Shown: positions 28,659 to 39,132 of the stretch, piece by piece | Layout: the number at the start of each line of letters is the position of its first letter | Numbering within the stretch: position 1 is the stretch's first letter | From: an uncultured bacterium | GTDB taxonomy: Bacteria; Cyanobacteriota; Vampirovibrionia; Gastranaerophilales; Gastranaerophilaceae | Assembly: GCA_905216055.1 (NCBI GenBank) | Contig: CAJMSH010000002.1 | Span: 167,079 to 231,078, forward strand | Reading direction: 5' to 3' | DNA length: 64,000 nucleotides | The notes under the pieces: generated by a model | The model's input: only the letters and a program-made list of their open reading frames with translations | Databases searched by the model: none | Told to the model about the DNA's origin: nothing | Program-made: the position numbers and the translations under genes

Positions 28659-30260
<1,602 letters not shown>

Positions 30261-30311
30261 TTATCCCTTTCCAACAATACAATTAAATTTTTAATAAAAA
30301 TTTTTATATTA

Positions 30312-30362
30312 ATTCCCTAAAGTAATTTTGTAAAATTACAAAATACAAAGCCTTTAGGGAAT
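30312..30362 (-). promoter_or_regulatory. Nested palindrome in the gatC-pyrG intergenic region (possible terminator or pyrG leader attenuator)
   Basis: Perfect 11-bp inverted repeat attccctaaag/ctttagggaat enclosing the inner palindrome ttttgtaa/ttacaaaa. Confidence 0.45.
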
Positions 30363-30376
30363 ATAAATATACAATT

Positions 30377-30658
30377 CTAGTTAATTTTAGGTACTTTAAA
30401 AAATCCGTTTTCAACTTCAGGAGCATTAGCCATCAAGTCTTCCTTACTAATTTCTTGAACGACTTTATCTTCTCTCATTACATTACAGAAATCAATAACC
30501 TGACACATTGGCTTAACGTTTGAAGTATCAACTTCATTCATCTGATCAACATACTTTAAAACATCACCTAATTGTTTTGTATATAACTCTTTTTCTTCTT
30601 CTGTTAATTCAAGTCTTGCAAGTTTTGCAACATGTTCTACATCTTTAATCGTAATCAT
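30377..30658 (-). CDS. gatC: Glu-tRNA(Gln)/Asp-tRNA(Asn) amidotransferase subunit C
   Basis: 93 aa; VEHVAKLARLELTEEE motif. Confidence 0.85.
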   Translation of the reverse strand: MITIKDVEHVAKLARLELTEEEKELYTKQLGDVLKYVDQMNEVDTSNVKPMCQVIDFCNVMREDKVVQEISKEDLMANAPEVENGFFKVPKIN

Positions 30659-30724
30659 TTTTCCACTCCGTTATTCTATTATAGTAGCATAAAAATATTA
30701 CATGATGTAAAATTATTACATAAA

Positions 30725-30761
30725 TTTAATGATTTCTAAAATAAAAATGTTATGCTATAAT
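30725..30761 (+). promoter_or_regulatory. Extended -10 promoter (TGcTATAAT) upstream of the sigma factor gene
   Basis: TGCTATAAT at 30753-30761, ~10 nt before the TTG start region. Confidence 0.45.
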
Positions 30762-30771
30762 ACTATTATTA

Positions 30772-31575
30772 TTGGAGATTAATTCGTTGGAGATTAAAGC
30801 AAAAAGACATACAGACGATTTAGATGAACAACTTCTTGCATACAAAGATTGTACTGATGAGAAGAAAAAGCGTATGCTTCATATTAATATTGTTGAAAGC
30901 GGTATGAATCTTGTAAAAAAAATTGCAGGAAATATTTCTGCTCAATCAGGTATTTCTAATGAAGATTTGGTGCAAGTCGGCTCTATTGGATTAATCAAGG
31001 CTATTGAATTTTTTAACCCTCAAAAAAACACAAAATTCAAAACTTATGCCTCTTATTTTATTAGAGGTGAAATCAAACACTATTTGAGAGATAAGGCCTC
31101 TATGATAAAGGCTCCAAGGGAATTACAAGAACTTGTATTCAAAATCAGTTCTGCTGTTAAACAGTTGAAAGAAAAAGGAATTGAAGATCCGTCAGAAGAT
31201 CAAATTGCTGATATTGTCGGAGTTTCCGTTGAAAAGATACATGAAGTAATGGAAATAGAGCTTTGCAAAAGCACACTATCTCTTGATCAAGCAATATCAA
31301 ACGTTGATGATGATGATTTGACTCTTATTGATAAAATCCCGTCTGGCGATTATCAAGAATTTATGAATTCTTATGAAAATAAAATGATGCTTGCTGCTGC
31401 AATAAAAAAATTGCCAAATGATTTACAACAAATTATCGAAATGAGTTATTATGAAGATTTAAACCAGCGTGAAATTTCCGAAAGAATTCATATTTCACAA
31501 ATGCAGGTTTCAAGAAGACTGAAAAAAGCCTTAAGCAAAATGTATGAAATAATTACGTCTAAAGATGAAAAATAA
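30772..31575 (+). CDS. Sigma-70 family sigma factor, group 3 (SigF/SigB-like)
   Basis: 267 aa; regions 2, 3 and 4 recognisable (YASYFIRGEIKHYLRD; C-terminal HTH ISQMQVSRRLKKAL); the start could be either of two tandem TTG codons in the ttggagattaa direct repeat. Confidence 0.75.
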   Translation: MEINSLEIKAKRHTDDLDEQLLAYKDCTDEKKKRMLHINIVESGMNLVKKIAGNISAQSGISNEDLVQVGSIGLIKAIEFFNPQKNTKFKTYASYFIRGEIKHYLRDKASMIKAPRELQELVFKISSAVKQLKEKGIEDPSEDQIADIVGVSVEKIHEVMEIELCKSTLSLDQAISNVDDDDLTLIDKIPSGDYQEFMNSYENKMMLAAAIKKLPNDLQQIIEMSYYEDLNQREISERIHISQMQVSRRLKKALSKMYEIITSKDEK

Positions 31576-31590
31576 AAGGAGACATTAAAA

Positions 31591-32586
31591 ATGGGAGCTT
31601 TAATAGCGATTTTAGCATTTGTTTTTATTATCGGCTTGTGCATTGGAAGTTTTTTAAATGTTGTTATTTTAAGAACTTTAAGCGAGGAATCCATTGTATT
31701 TCCGGCTTCTAAATGCCCAAAATGCCAACACCCGTTAAAATGGTGGCATAATATACCGGTTTTATCTTATATCTTTTTAAGAGGGAAATGTGCTTTTTGT
31801 AAAGAACACATTAGCATTCAATATCCAATTGTTGAACTTTTAACAGGTATAATTTTTACATTATTATTTATGAAATTCGGAGTAAGCGCAGATACACTGT
31901 TTGCGTGGATAATTTCATCATTACTTATCGTAATTGCAGGAACAGATATTAAGGAAAAAGTTGTTTATGATGTTCACACATATACATTAATAGCTATCGG
32001 ACTTTTATACGCGATTGTTGTAACTGCAGTATCTATTTTCCAAACACACATTGCAGGAACTCCAATGGAATTTACAAAATATTTTGTACTTAACAATCCA
32101 ATATTTATGTCACTTATGGGTATGCTTTTAGGTGCTGCTATTCTTGAAATATGCGCAAGAGCAGGATATTTAATTGTTGGGACAAGAGCTTTTGGAGAAG
32201 GTGATACTTTTATCGCTGCAGGTTTAGGTTCAATTTTTGGATGGAGATCTTTAATTGTTGTACTTGCAATGTCAGTTCTTATTCAAGTAATCATATTTTT
32301 ACCTATATTTATAAAAGGACTTGTTAAAAATAAAGATTGGAAAACTCTTACAACCTTCACTGTTTTTGTAATATTTGCAATTGCATTCTACGCATTACAA
32401 AATTACAGAGTTATAACTGTTGAAAATATTGCGCTATACACAGTATTTGCAATAATCCTTGCAGCTCTTGGTATTATATCTTGCGTATTTATCTTTAAAG
32501 GATTACGCGAACACCCTGAAAATAGAACTTATATGCCGTTTGGACCAGCAATGGTTGTTGCAGCATTCATTGCTCTAATTTTATAA
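31591..32586 (+). CDS. pilD: Prepilin peptidase (A24 family, PilD-like)
   Basis: 331 aa; N-terminal CPKCQHPL...CAFC zinc motif and polytopic membrane domain; 15 nt after the sigma gene. Confidence 0.85.
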   Translation: MGALIAILAFVFIIGLCIGSFLNVVILRTLSEESIVFPASKCPKCQHPLKWWHNIPVLSYIFLRGKCAFCKEHISIQYPIVELLTGIIFTLLFMKFGVSADTLFAWIISSLLIVIAGTDIKEKVVYDVHTYTLIAIGLLYAIVVTAVSIFQTHIAGTPMEFTKYFVLNNPIFMSLMGMLLGAAILEICARAGYLIVGTRAFGEGDTFIAAGLGSIFGWRSLIVVLAMSVLIQVIIFLPIFIKGLVKNKDWKTLTTFTVFVIFAIAFYALQNYRVITVENIALYTVFAIILAALGIISCVFIFKGLREHPENRTYMPFGPAMVVAAFIALIL

Positions 32587-32613
32587 AAAATTATTATTTT
32601 CAAAATATATGAT

Positions 32614-32647
32614 AAAAAACTCTTTGAATATATCAAAGAGTTTTTTA
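32614..32647 (+). terminator. Bidirectional terminator between pilD and ruvA
   Basis: aaaaactctttga / tcaaagagtttttt hairpin. Confidence 0.65.
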
Positions 32648-32671
32648 TTATTACAAATTTTTTTTACATCT

Positions 32672-33310
32672 TTAAACAGCAGACAAAATCTTTAATGCTT
32701 CTTTTAAAATTTCTTCTGCAGAAGCTTTATCTCCCAAAATAGAAAGAGCTTTTGACAGAGCATCTTGAATTTCTTTTCTCTCATAACCTAGAGAAACAAG
32801 CACCATTTGAGCATCTTCAACAGCTTTATCATCAATTTTTGCAGGAGTAATTGAAGTAATTTTTATAGGTTCTTTTGTTTGATAATTCATCAACTTATCT
32901 TTTAGTTCAAGAATAATTTTTTGAGCTAATTTAGGCCCTACCCCTTTTGCTCTTGTAAGTTCTTTATAATTCCCGTCTATTACAAAACCAATAAGCTCGG
33001 AAGATTCAAATTCATCAAGCAAAGTCAAAGCCATTTTAGAGCCAACACCGGAAACAGATGTCAAAATATTGAAAATATCCCGATCTTCCTTGTGCAAAAA
33101 TCCGCAAAGACTCATTTTATCTTCCCTATGCAACAAAACTGTGTAAATTTTTATATCACCGTCAGGCATTTGAGAAAAATCTCTTGTTGTAACCTCTAAA
33201 AGATAACCTATTCCTGAAGTTTCAACCGTTACAAATGTACCTTTTGAAGAATTTGATTTATTTGTTAAAATTCCCTTGATATAATCGTACATAAAATTTC
33301 CTCTACTCAA
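32672..33310 (-). CDS. ruvA: Holliday junction DNA helicase subunit RuvA
   Basis: 212 aa; MYDYIKG N-terminus, HhH motifs LTSVSGVGSKMA and KGVGPKLAQKI. Confidence 0.9.
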   Translation of the reverse strand: MSRGNFMYDYIKGILTNKSNSSKGTFVTVETSGIGYLLEVTTRDFSQMPDGDIKIYTVLLHREDKMSLCGFLHKEDRDIFNILTSVSGVGSKMALTLLDEFESSELIGFVIDGNYKELTRAKGVGPKLAQKIILELKDKLMNYQTKEPIKITSITPAKIDDKAVEDAQMVLVSLGYERKEIQDALSKALSILGDKASAEEILKEALKILSAV

Positions 33311-33326
33311 TAAAATTTTAATCTTT

Positions 33327-34706
33327 TTATTTTTCTAAAGTTCGCCTTATTGTATATACAGCATTTTCCAAATCTTTATTCGTCCTCAATTCATCTTTAA
33401 TTTTTTCATAAGAATAAAGCATAGTAGTATGTTTTTTCTTGAAAAATTCTGCAATACTTTCAAAACTTTTTTGTGTCAATTCACGTGACATATAAACTGC
33501 AATATGACGGGCTGAAGAAACTCTTTGATTTCTTGCTGAGCTTAAAAAATCACTCAAAGAAACGCCATAATAATCGCCCACAGCTCTTGCGACCTTTTCA
33601 ATTGTTAATTCTTCTCTTGCAGCTTCACAATTCAAAACTTTTTTTGCATAAGCAAGCGTTAAATCAACTTTTTCGATGTCTGCATAAGCACTAACTTTAT
33701 TAAATGCGCCTTCAAGTTCTCTCACATTATTCACAAAATTTTTAGCAATATATTCAAACACATCAAAATCAGCTTTTACATTTGCCTGTTCAGCAAGATT
33801 CTTCAAAATTGCAACTCTAGTTTCAAAATCAGGCGGTGTAATATCAACCATTAACCCCATTTCAAAACGAGTTCTCAACCTGTCTGGAAGTGTCGGAATA
33901 TCCTTTGGCAATCTGTCTGATGTTATTACTATCTGCTTATTTTTGTTATGCAAACTGTCAAATGTATGGAATATTTCTTCCATAGTATAAGTTTTACTTT
34001 CCAAAAACTGAATATCATCAATTAATAAAACATCAACATTTCTATATTTCTGACGAAATTTTTCCATACGGGCATTTCTGTCATTCCCGCCACATTGAAT
34101 ATTCTTGATTAACTCATTAACATACTCTTCTGTTTTAATATATTTTACTTTCAATTTCGGCTTATTAAAAATTATATAATGCCCGATTGCTTGCATCAAA
34201 TGGGTTTTGCCAAGACCTGAAGCTCCATATATAAACAAAGGATTATATTTTTTTGCAGGATTTTGAGCTACCGCAAAAGCTGCAGCATGAGCAAATCTGC
34301 TATTTTCTCCAACTACAAAATTTGAAAATTTATATTTCAAATTCAAATTAGCAGAAGACTGCATCTGAGCAAGATTATCCATAATCCTGTTGTCATCTGA
34401 TTCAGAAAGAGCTTTTTTCTGTTTTTGAAGTTCTTTTTTCTTTTCTTTCTGATAACGGTCTGCAAATTCCTCGTCATACACAACGTTATAGCTTATATTT
34501 TTACCGTAAGCATTTTTTAAAGCTTCTAAAATTTTTGCATCATGCTGTGATTTTATTGCTTGCGGGGCAAGTGCATGAGCTGTAATTAAAGTTAAAACAT
34601 TACCGTCAAAAGAAACAGGTTCCAAAGGTTCTATCCACATCTTAAATGTCGGAACCGTCTCGGCTAACTCCTCTTTTGCTTTGCTCCATATCTCTTTTTC
34701 ATCCAT
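33327..34706 (-). CDS. dnaA: Chromosomal replication initiator DnaA
   Basis: 459 aa; Walker A NPLFIYGASGLGKTHL, Walker B LLIDDIQFL, C-terminal DNA-binding domain. Confidence 0.95.
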   Translation of the reverse strand: MDEKEIWSKAKEELAETVPTFKMWIEPLEPVSFDGNVLTLITAHALAPQAIKSQHDAKILEALKNAYGKNISYNVVYDEEFADRYQKEKKKELQKQKKALSESDDNRIMDNLAQMQSSANLNLKYKFSNFVVGENSRFAHAAAFAVAQNPAKKYNPLFIYGASGLGKTHLMQAIGHYIIFNKPKLKVKYIKTEEYVNELIKNIQCGGNDRNARMEKFRQKYRNVDVLLIDDIQFLESKTYTMEEIFHTFDSLHNKNKQIVITSDRLPKDIPTLPDRLRTRFEMGLMVDITPPDFETRVAILKNLAEQANVKADFDVFEYIAKNFVNNVRELEGAFNKVSAYADIEKVDLTLAYAKKVLNCEAAREELTIEKVARAVGDYYGVSLSDFLSSARNQRVSSARHIAVYMSRELTQKSFESIAEFFKKKHTTMLYSYEKIKDELRTNKDLENAVYTIRRTLEK

Positions 34707-34754
34707 AATTTAATTTTACTATAAAAATAATTTTTATAATGCTTAGAAAATTTT

Positions 34755-35507
34755 TTATACAAACAATTTATATAAAATAACTGCACATGAAATTGACAAA
34801 TTCAAAGATTCAACATTTGGTGCCATTTCAATTTTTACACTTTTTGTTGCAAAATTTATCAACTCATCAGACAACCCGTCAGCTTCAGAGCCAAACATCA
34901 CAAGCAAAGGTTCTTTTACTTTAATATCTTTCAAGTATTCTTTTGCTCTCGGCAAAGTTGCAACACGTTCAAACCCGCTAAATTCATTCTTTAATTCACT
35001 AAAATCACTGATATAAACAACAGGAATTTTCCATAAATTTCCAACAGATGAACGCACACATTTAGGATTATAAATATCAGCGCACTCACTGCCGTATAAT
35101 ATAATAGCATCAACTCCAAATGCAGTTGACGTTCTTAAAATTGTTCCAAGATTGCCTAAATCTTTAATATTTTCAAGTAAAACAACTTTTTTTAAGTTTT
35201 TCAAATCTCTGATTGAACATATTTTTTTAACGGCAACACCAACAACTTCAGGTGCGGAATCTGTTGTTGAAATCTTTTTTAAAACAGCTTCATCAGTCAA
35301 AATTAATTTATCTTCAAGATACTTATATTCTTCAAATTTTTCTTTATGAACAAATACGTAATCAATTTCAAGTCCTGCCTGAAAAGCTTCTTCAACACAT
35401 TTTTTACCTTCCAGCAAAAATTTATTTTCCTTATCTCTATATTTTTTTTGCTGTAATTTTACGGTTTCTTTAACAAGATTATTATTTACGCTTGTAATCT
35501 CTTGCAT
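34755..35507 (-). CDS. TrmH/SpoU-family RNA 2'-O-methyltransferase
   Basis: 250 aa; SPOUT motifs (LENIKDLGNLGTILRT, LVMFGSEADGLS). Confidence 0.75.
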   Translation of the reverse strand: MQEITSVNNNLVKETVKLQQKKYRDKENKFLLEGKKCVEEAFQAGLEIDYVFVHKEKFEEYKYLEDKLILTDEAVLKKISTTDSAPEVVGVAVKKICSIRDLKNLKKVVLLENIKDLGNLGTILRTSTAFGVDAIILYGSECADIYNPKCVRSSVGNLWKIPVVYISDFSELKNEFSGFERVATLPRAKEYLKDIKVKEPLLVMFGSEADGLSDELINFATKSVKIEMAPNVESLNLSISCAVILYKLFV

Positions 35508-37031
35508 CTATAAGACCTCAAATTCCTTAAGCCATTCTTTTTCCTGTTCAGAGAGCAATGAAAAATCAATAAGTTTTTTCTCATAATTCATGTGAACAAA
35601 AGATGTTTTCTTTCCATTATTCATATAACAAGAATTTTCAAGTCTTACTCCGAAATAATTTTCGTTATACAAACCGGGTTCAATTGTAAAACACATGTTA
35701 TCTTTTATCTCAATTTTAGCCATTTCATTTTTGCTCAAATTTGGCGGATACTCATGAACACTCACACCAATTCCATGACCTAAGCCGTGATTAAATACAA
35801 AACCATCAATTTCATTTTCAGAATATATTTTTCTTGCAAGAGCATCGACTTCATACCCGTTTGTCAAATTGGAATTATAAGCATTCAAAAACATTTTCAA
35901 AACAGTTGTATAAACTCTCCTTTGCAATTCAGAAGGAGTTCCTTTTACAAACACTCTTGTAATATCTGTTGCAAGTCCCTGTTCATAATACGCACCGCAA
36001 TCAATCAAAACAAGAGATCCGTCTTTTAAGATTTCATCTTTAGAGCATTTTGAATAATGTGCCAATGCAGAATTTTCATCCTTTGCTACAATTGATTTAA
36101 AGCTCAAACTTTTTGCACCAAAATGTCTAAATTGTTTTTCCAATTCTTGAGCGATATCAAATTCAGAAATATTATCGTTATTTTCAATATAATCGCGAAT
36201 TGCCTTAACTGCCATATCTGTACGTTTGAAAGCATCTATATAATGTTTTATTTCATCATCAGTTTTTACAGATTTCATCAACTTTATAGGGCTATCCGCC
36301 AAAACTCTGACCTTGTCGCCTATCAATGCGTAATCATAAGCATTAATAGTAGATTTATCTACAAAAATATTTCCCTGATAACTTTCAACAAAATCATCAA
36401 TATCATCTAACAAGCGAGCTCTGCCTGCCAAAATAACGGCTTTTCCCCTAATTTTACTTGAATAATTTTTTGAAAAATCTCTTAAATTAAATAAATAAGA
36501 AACTTCCTCTAAATCAGTAATTAAAACAGCACCGTCAAAATTTATATTCTTAATTTTTTCTTCAACAGGAACACCCTCAACCTGAACAATATTTGAATTA
36601 TCATAAGGTATATTTTTATCTAAAGGATCGATATCAAAATACTTAAGCTCAACTCCTAAAGCTTTCAAAACCTCAACTCTTTTTTGAGAATTTTTCTTTG
36701 AAAATATACCAAGAGTCTTACCTTCAGGAATTTTTTTCACAAGTTCTTGTAAAAAAATCTGTCCTGTTTGAAGTTTCACAACAGTAACAATATTATGATC
36801 AACCTCTAAATCAGCCTGAATATGATAACGTCCGTCAACAAAAAGATAAATATTATCGAAAGTCACAAGCGCATCACCAGTTGAGCCTGAAAAATCAGTC
36901 AGTTCATAACGGGAATTTTCATCTAATGAAGTATATTCTTCTAAATATTTGTTTGTTGCATTAACAAGAAGATATTCAACTCCTTGCGCCTTCATAAATT
37001 CACGAATTTTATTTACAGCACTAATCATCAA
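35508..37031 (-). CDS. Xaa-Pro aminopeptidase (M24B family, creatinase-like N-terminal domain)
   Basis: 507 aa; metal-ligand motifs HGLGHGIGVSVHE and pita-bread fold. Confidence 0.8.
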   Translation of the reverse strand: MMISAVNKIREFMKAQGVEYLLVNATNKYLEEYTSLDENSRYELTDFSGSTGDALVTFDNIYLFVDGRYHIQADLEVDHNIVTVVKLQTGQIFLQELVKKIPEGKTLGIFSKKNSQKRVEVLKALGVELKYFDIDPLDKNIPYDNSNIVQVEGVPVEEKIKNINFDGAVLITDLEEVSYLFNLRDFSKNYSSKIRGKAVILAGRARLLDDIDDFVESYQGNIFVDKSTINAYDYALIGDKVRVLADSPIKLMKSVKTDDEIKHYIDAFKRTDMAVKAIRDYIENNDNISEFDIAQELEKQFRHFGAKSLSFKSIVAKDENSALAHYSKCSKDEILKDGSLVLIDCGAYYEQGLATDITRVFVKGTPSELQRRVYTTVLKMFLNAYNSNLTNGYEVDALARKIYSENEIDGFVFNHGLGHGIGVSVHEYPPNLSKNEMAKIEIKDNMCFTIEPGLYNENYFGVRLENSCYMNNGKKTSFVHMNYEKKLIDFSLLSEQEKEWLKEFEVL

Positions 37032-37341
37032 TCATACCTGTCATTTGAATTAAATGCCAACCGAATTGAGTTTGTACAGGTTCAGAAATATCTCCGACCT
37101 TTTTCAAAGCAAAAGCAGCATCTTCAAAAGGTTTTACCATAACTCCGCGTTTAAAAAATCCTAAATCTCCACCATCACGTCCGGAAGGGCAAAGAGAATG
37201 TTCTTTTGCAGCTTCGGCAAAAGATTTTCCACCTTTAATTTCTTCTAACAAATTTTTTGCTTCATCTTCAGTTTTTACCAAAATATGACTTGCTCTTACT
37301 TCTTTCAACATTATAAAAACTCCTTTTTTATTTGTACACAA
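37021..37341 (-). CDS. Parvulin-type peptidyl-prolyl cis-trans isomerase (PpiC)
   Basis: 106 aa; SHILVKTEDEA ... GGDLGFF ... FGWHLIQ motifs. Confidence 0.85.
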   Translation of the reverse strand: MCTNKKGVFIMLKEVRASHILVKTEDEAKNLLEEIKGGKSFAEAAKEHSLCPSGRDGGDLGFFKRGVMVKPFEDAAFALKKVGDISEPVQTQFGWHLIQMTGMIDD

Positions 37342-37455
37342 TTATGATAACACTAAAAAAGAGTTTCTTCAATTTACTTTAAATAAAAAAACTTGTCTGA
37401 AATCAATCAAACAAGTTTCACATATCAAACATAGAGTTTGTAAATCTTAGGAAAT

Positions 37456-37537
37456 AAGCTTGTTATATTTTCAACCAAACCGCAAAAAGAAAAAATCTTG
37501 TCGCAACCCCGAAAAAGTGCCTGGATATAACAAGCTT
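37456..37537. repeat. 82-bp element bounded by perfect 13-bp inverted repeats (aagcttgttatat / atataacaagctt)
   Basis: Seen directly in the sequence; lies in the largest intergenic region (351 bp) upstream of tRNA-Gly; contains internal a-rich direct repeats. Confidence 0.5.
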
Positions 37538-37692
37538 ACATATATTATATTAACGCTTTTTTCAATGGTTTTCACCACTCGTGAGAATAACTTTTATACA
37601 GAAAAACTAACAAAAATGAGCTAATTCTAAAGGATTAGATTTTTTAGTTTTAGCTATTGCAAAAAATTTTTTTTATATTATATTAGAGATAT

Positions 37693-37764
37693 GCGGAAGT
37701 AACTCAATGGCTAGAGTACCTGCCTTCCAAGCAGGCTGTTGCGAGTTCGAGTCTCGTCTTCCGC
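37693..37764 (+). tRNA. tRNA-Gly (anticodon UCC)
   Basis: Manually folded cloverleaf: 7-bp acceptor stem GCGGAAG/CUUCCGC, D stem ACUC/GAGU, anticodon stem CCUGC/GCAGG, loop CUUCCAA, T loop UUCGAGU; no encoded CCA; followed by a T6 tract. Confidence 0.9.
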
Positions 37765-37814
37765 TTTTTTTGTACCTGTAATATCTCTTTTGATTAGTTC
37801 TAAGTGAGGGAAAT

Positions 37815-38669
37815 ATGATTAATGAAATTACTGATTTTTCTGATAAGATAGAAAAACTTCTTACTGCATTACGAATTAAATTTGTATTTGAAATCATTGT
37901 AATTTTCATTATCGGTGCAGTCGTTTTCAAATTAATAGACATATTTGATGCTCATTTAAAATCAAAATTATCAGGTGGCAAAAATTCTCCGCTTACAAGA
38001 TTTGTCCCGATATTGAGTAATATATTAAAGGGAATTGTACTATTCTTTTTAGTTGCCTCATTCTTGCAAAGTCATGGTTATTCAATGTCATCACTTATTG
38101 CAGGTTTCGGAATTACAGGTTTGGCTGTTGGTTTTGCAGCTCAACATACTATCGCAAACGTGTTTGGAACATTTGGAATATTATCTGACCATTCTTACAA
38201 ACTCGGAGATTATGTATCAATCAACGGCTTTGAAGGAAACGTTGAAGAAATCAATATGAGATCAACTAAAATCCGAGCTCTTGACAATTCACTAATTATA
38301 TTACCTAACGATGTTGTAGCAGGGACTGTTATCAAAAACGTAACTAACGGCGAAAAAAGAAGAATTTTTGAAACTTTTGGAGTAACTTATGATACTTCTG
38401 ATGAAAAATTAAAAAGAGCAATTTCAATACTTGAAAGCATCTTAAAAGAAAACCCTAATGTACATGATGACTATATCGTATATTTAGAAACACTTTCATC
38501 AAGTTCAATCGATATAAAAGTAAACGCATACACAAAAACTAACGTATACAAAGACTATTTAAAAATAAAAGAACAGGTAATATTAGAAGCGGTAAAACGT
38601 TTCAGAGAAGAAGGAATTGATTTTGCATTCCCTTCAACAACTGTTTATATGGCTAAAGATGAAAATTAA
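37815..38669 (+). CDS. mscS: Small-conductance mechanosensitive channel (MscS family)
   Basis: 284 aa; TM helices and conserved pore/beta-domain region AQHTIANVFG...INMRSTKIRALDNSLIILPN. Confidence 0.85.
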   Translation: MINEITDFSDKIEKLLTALRIKFVFEIIVIFIIGAVVFKLIDIFDAHLKSKLSGGKNSPLTRFVPILSNILKGIVLFFLVASFLQSHGYSMSSLIAGFGITGLAVGFAAQHTIANVFGTFGILSDHSYKLGDYVSINGFEGNVEEINMRSTKIRALDNSLIILPNDVVAGTVIKNVTNGEKRRIFETFGVTYDTSDEKLKRAISILESILKENPNVHDDYIVYLETLSSSSIDIKVNAYTKTNVYKDYLKIKEQVILEAVKRFREEGIDFAFPSTTVYMAKDEN

Positions 38670-39129
38670 AATTATAGCTCTCGGAAAAATTAAAGAAAAA
38701 TATTTGAAAGAAGGAATTGACGAATTTTTAAAACGCCTGACTCCTTATGCCTCATTAGAGATTATCGAAATTCCTCCAATAGAGATAAAAGATGAAAATT
38801 TAACCGCAAAAATTTTGGAACAGGAGGGGGAAAAAATCCTTTCTCACATAAAACCTCAATCCTATGTGATAACAATGGAAATAAAAGGGAAAATGTTTTC
38901 CTCTGAAGAATTTGCACAAAAAATAGAAGAATTAACAAATGACGGGACATCTGAAATTGTATTTGTAATCGGATCTTCCTGCGGAATTTCACCAATAGTG
39001 TCCGAACGTGCAAATTTAAAAATGAGCATGTCAAAAATGACATTTCTGCACCAATTTGCACGCCTAATACTTGTCGAACAAATTTATAGAGCTTTCAAAA
39101 TAATCAAAGGCGAAACTTACCACAAATAA
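38659..39129 (+). CDS. rlmH: 23S rRNA (pseudouridine1915-N3)-methyltransferase RlmH
   Basis: MKIKIIALGKIKEKYLKEGIDEF matches the RlmH N-terminus; start at internal ATG 38659 overlapping the mscS stop. Confidence 0.85.
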   Translation: MKIKIIALGKIKEKYLKEGIDEFLKRLTPYASLEIIEIPPIEIKDENLTAKILEQEGEKILSHIKPQSYVITMEIKGKMFSSEEFAQKIEELTNDGTSEIVFVIGSSCGISPIVSERANLKMSMSKMTFLHQFARLILVEQIYRAFKIIKGETYHK

Positions 39130-39132
39130 TTT

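Noticed and set aside
37440-37560. SRP RNA (4.5S), 6S RNA or a riboswitch in the large intergenic region upstream of tRNA-Gly.
   Set aside because: No match to the SRP domain IV consensus (GGAA tetraloop with flanking symmetric loops) or to common riboswitch cores that I can recognise by eye. It is kept only as an inverted-repeat element and needs an Infernal scan.
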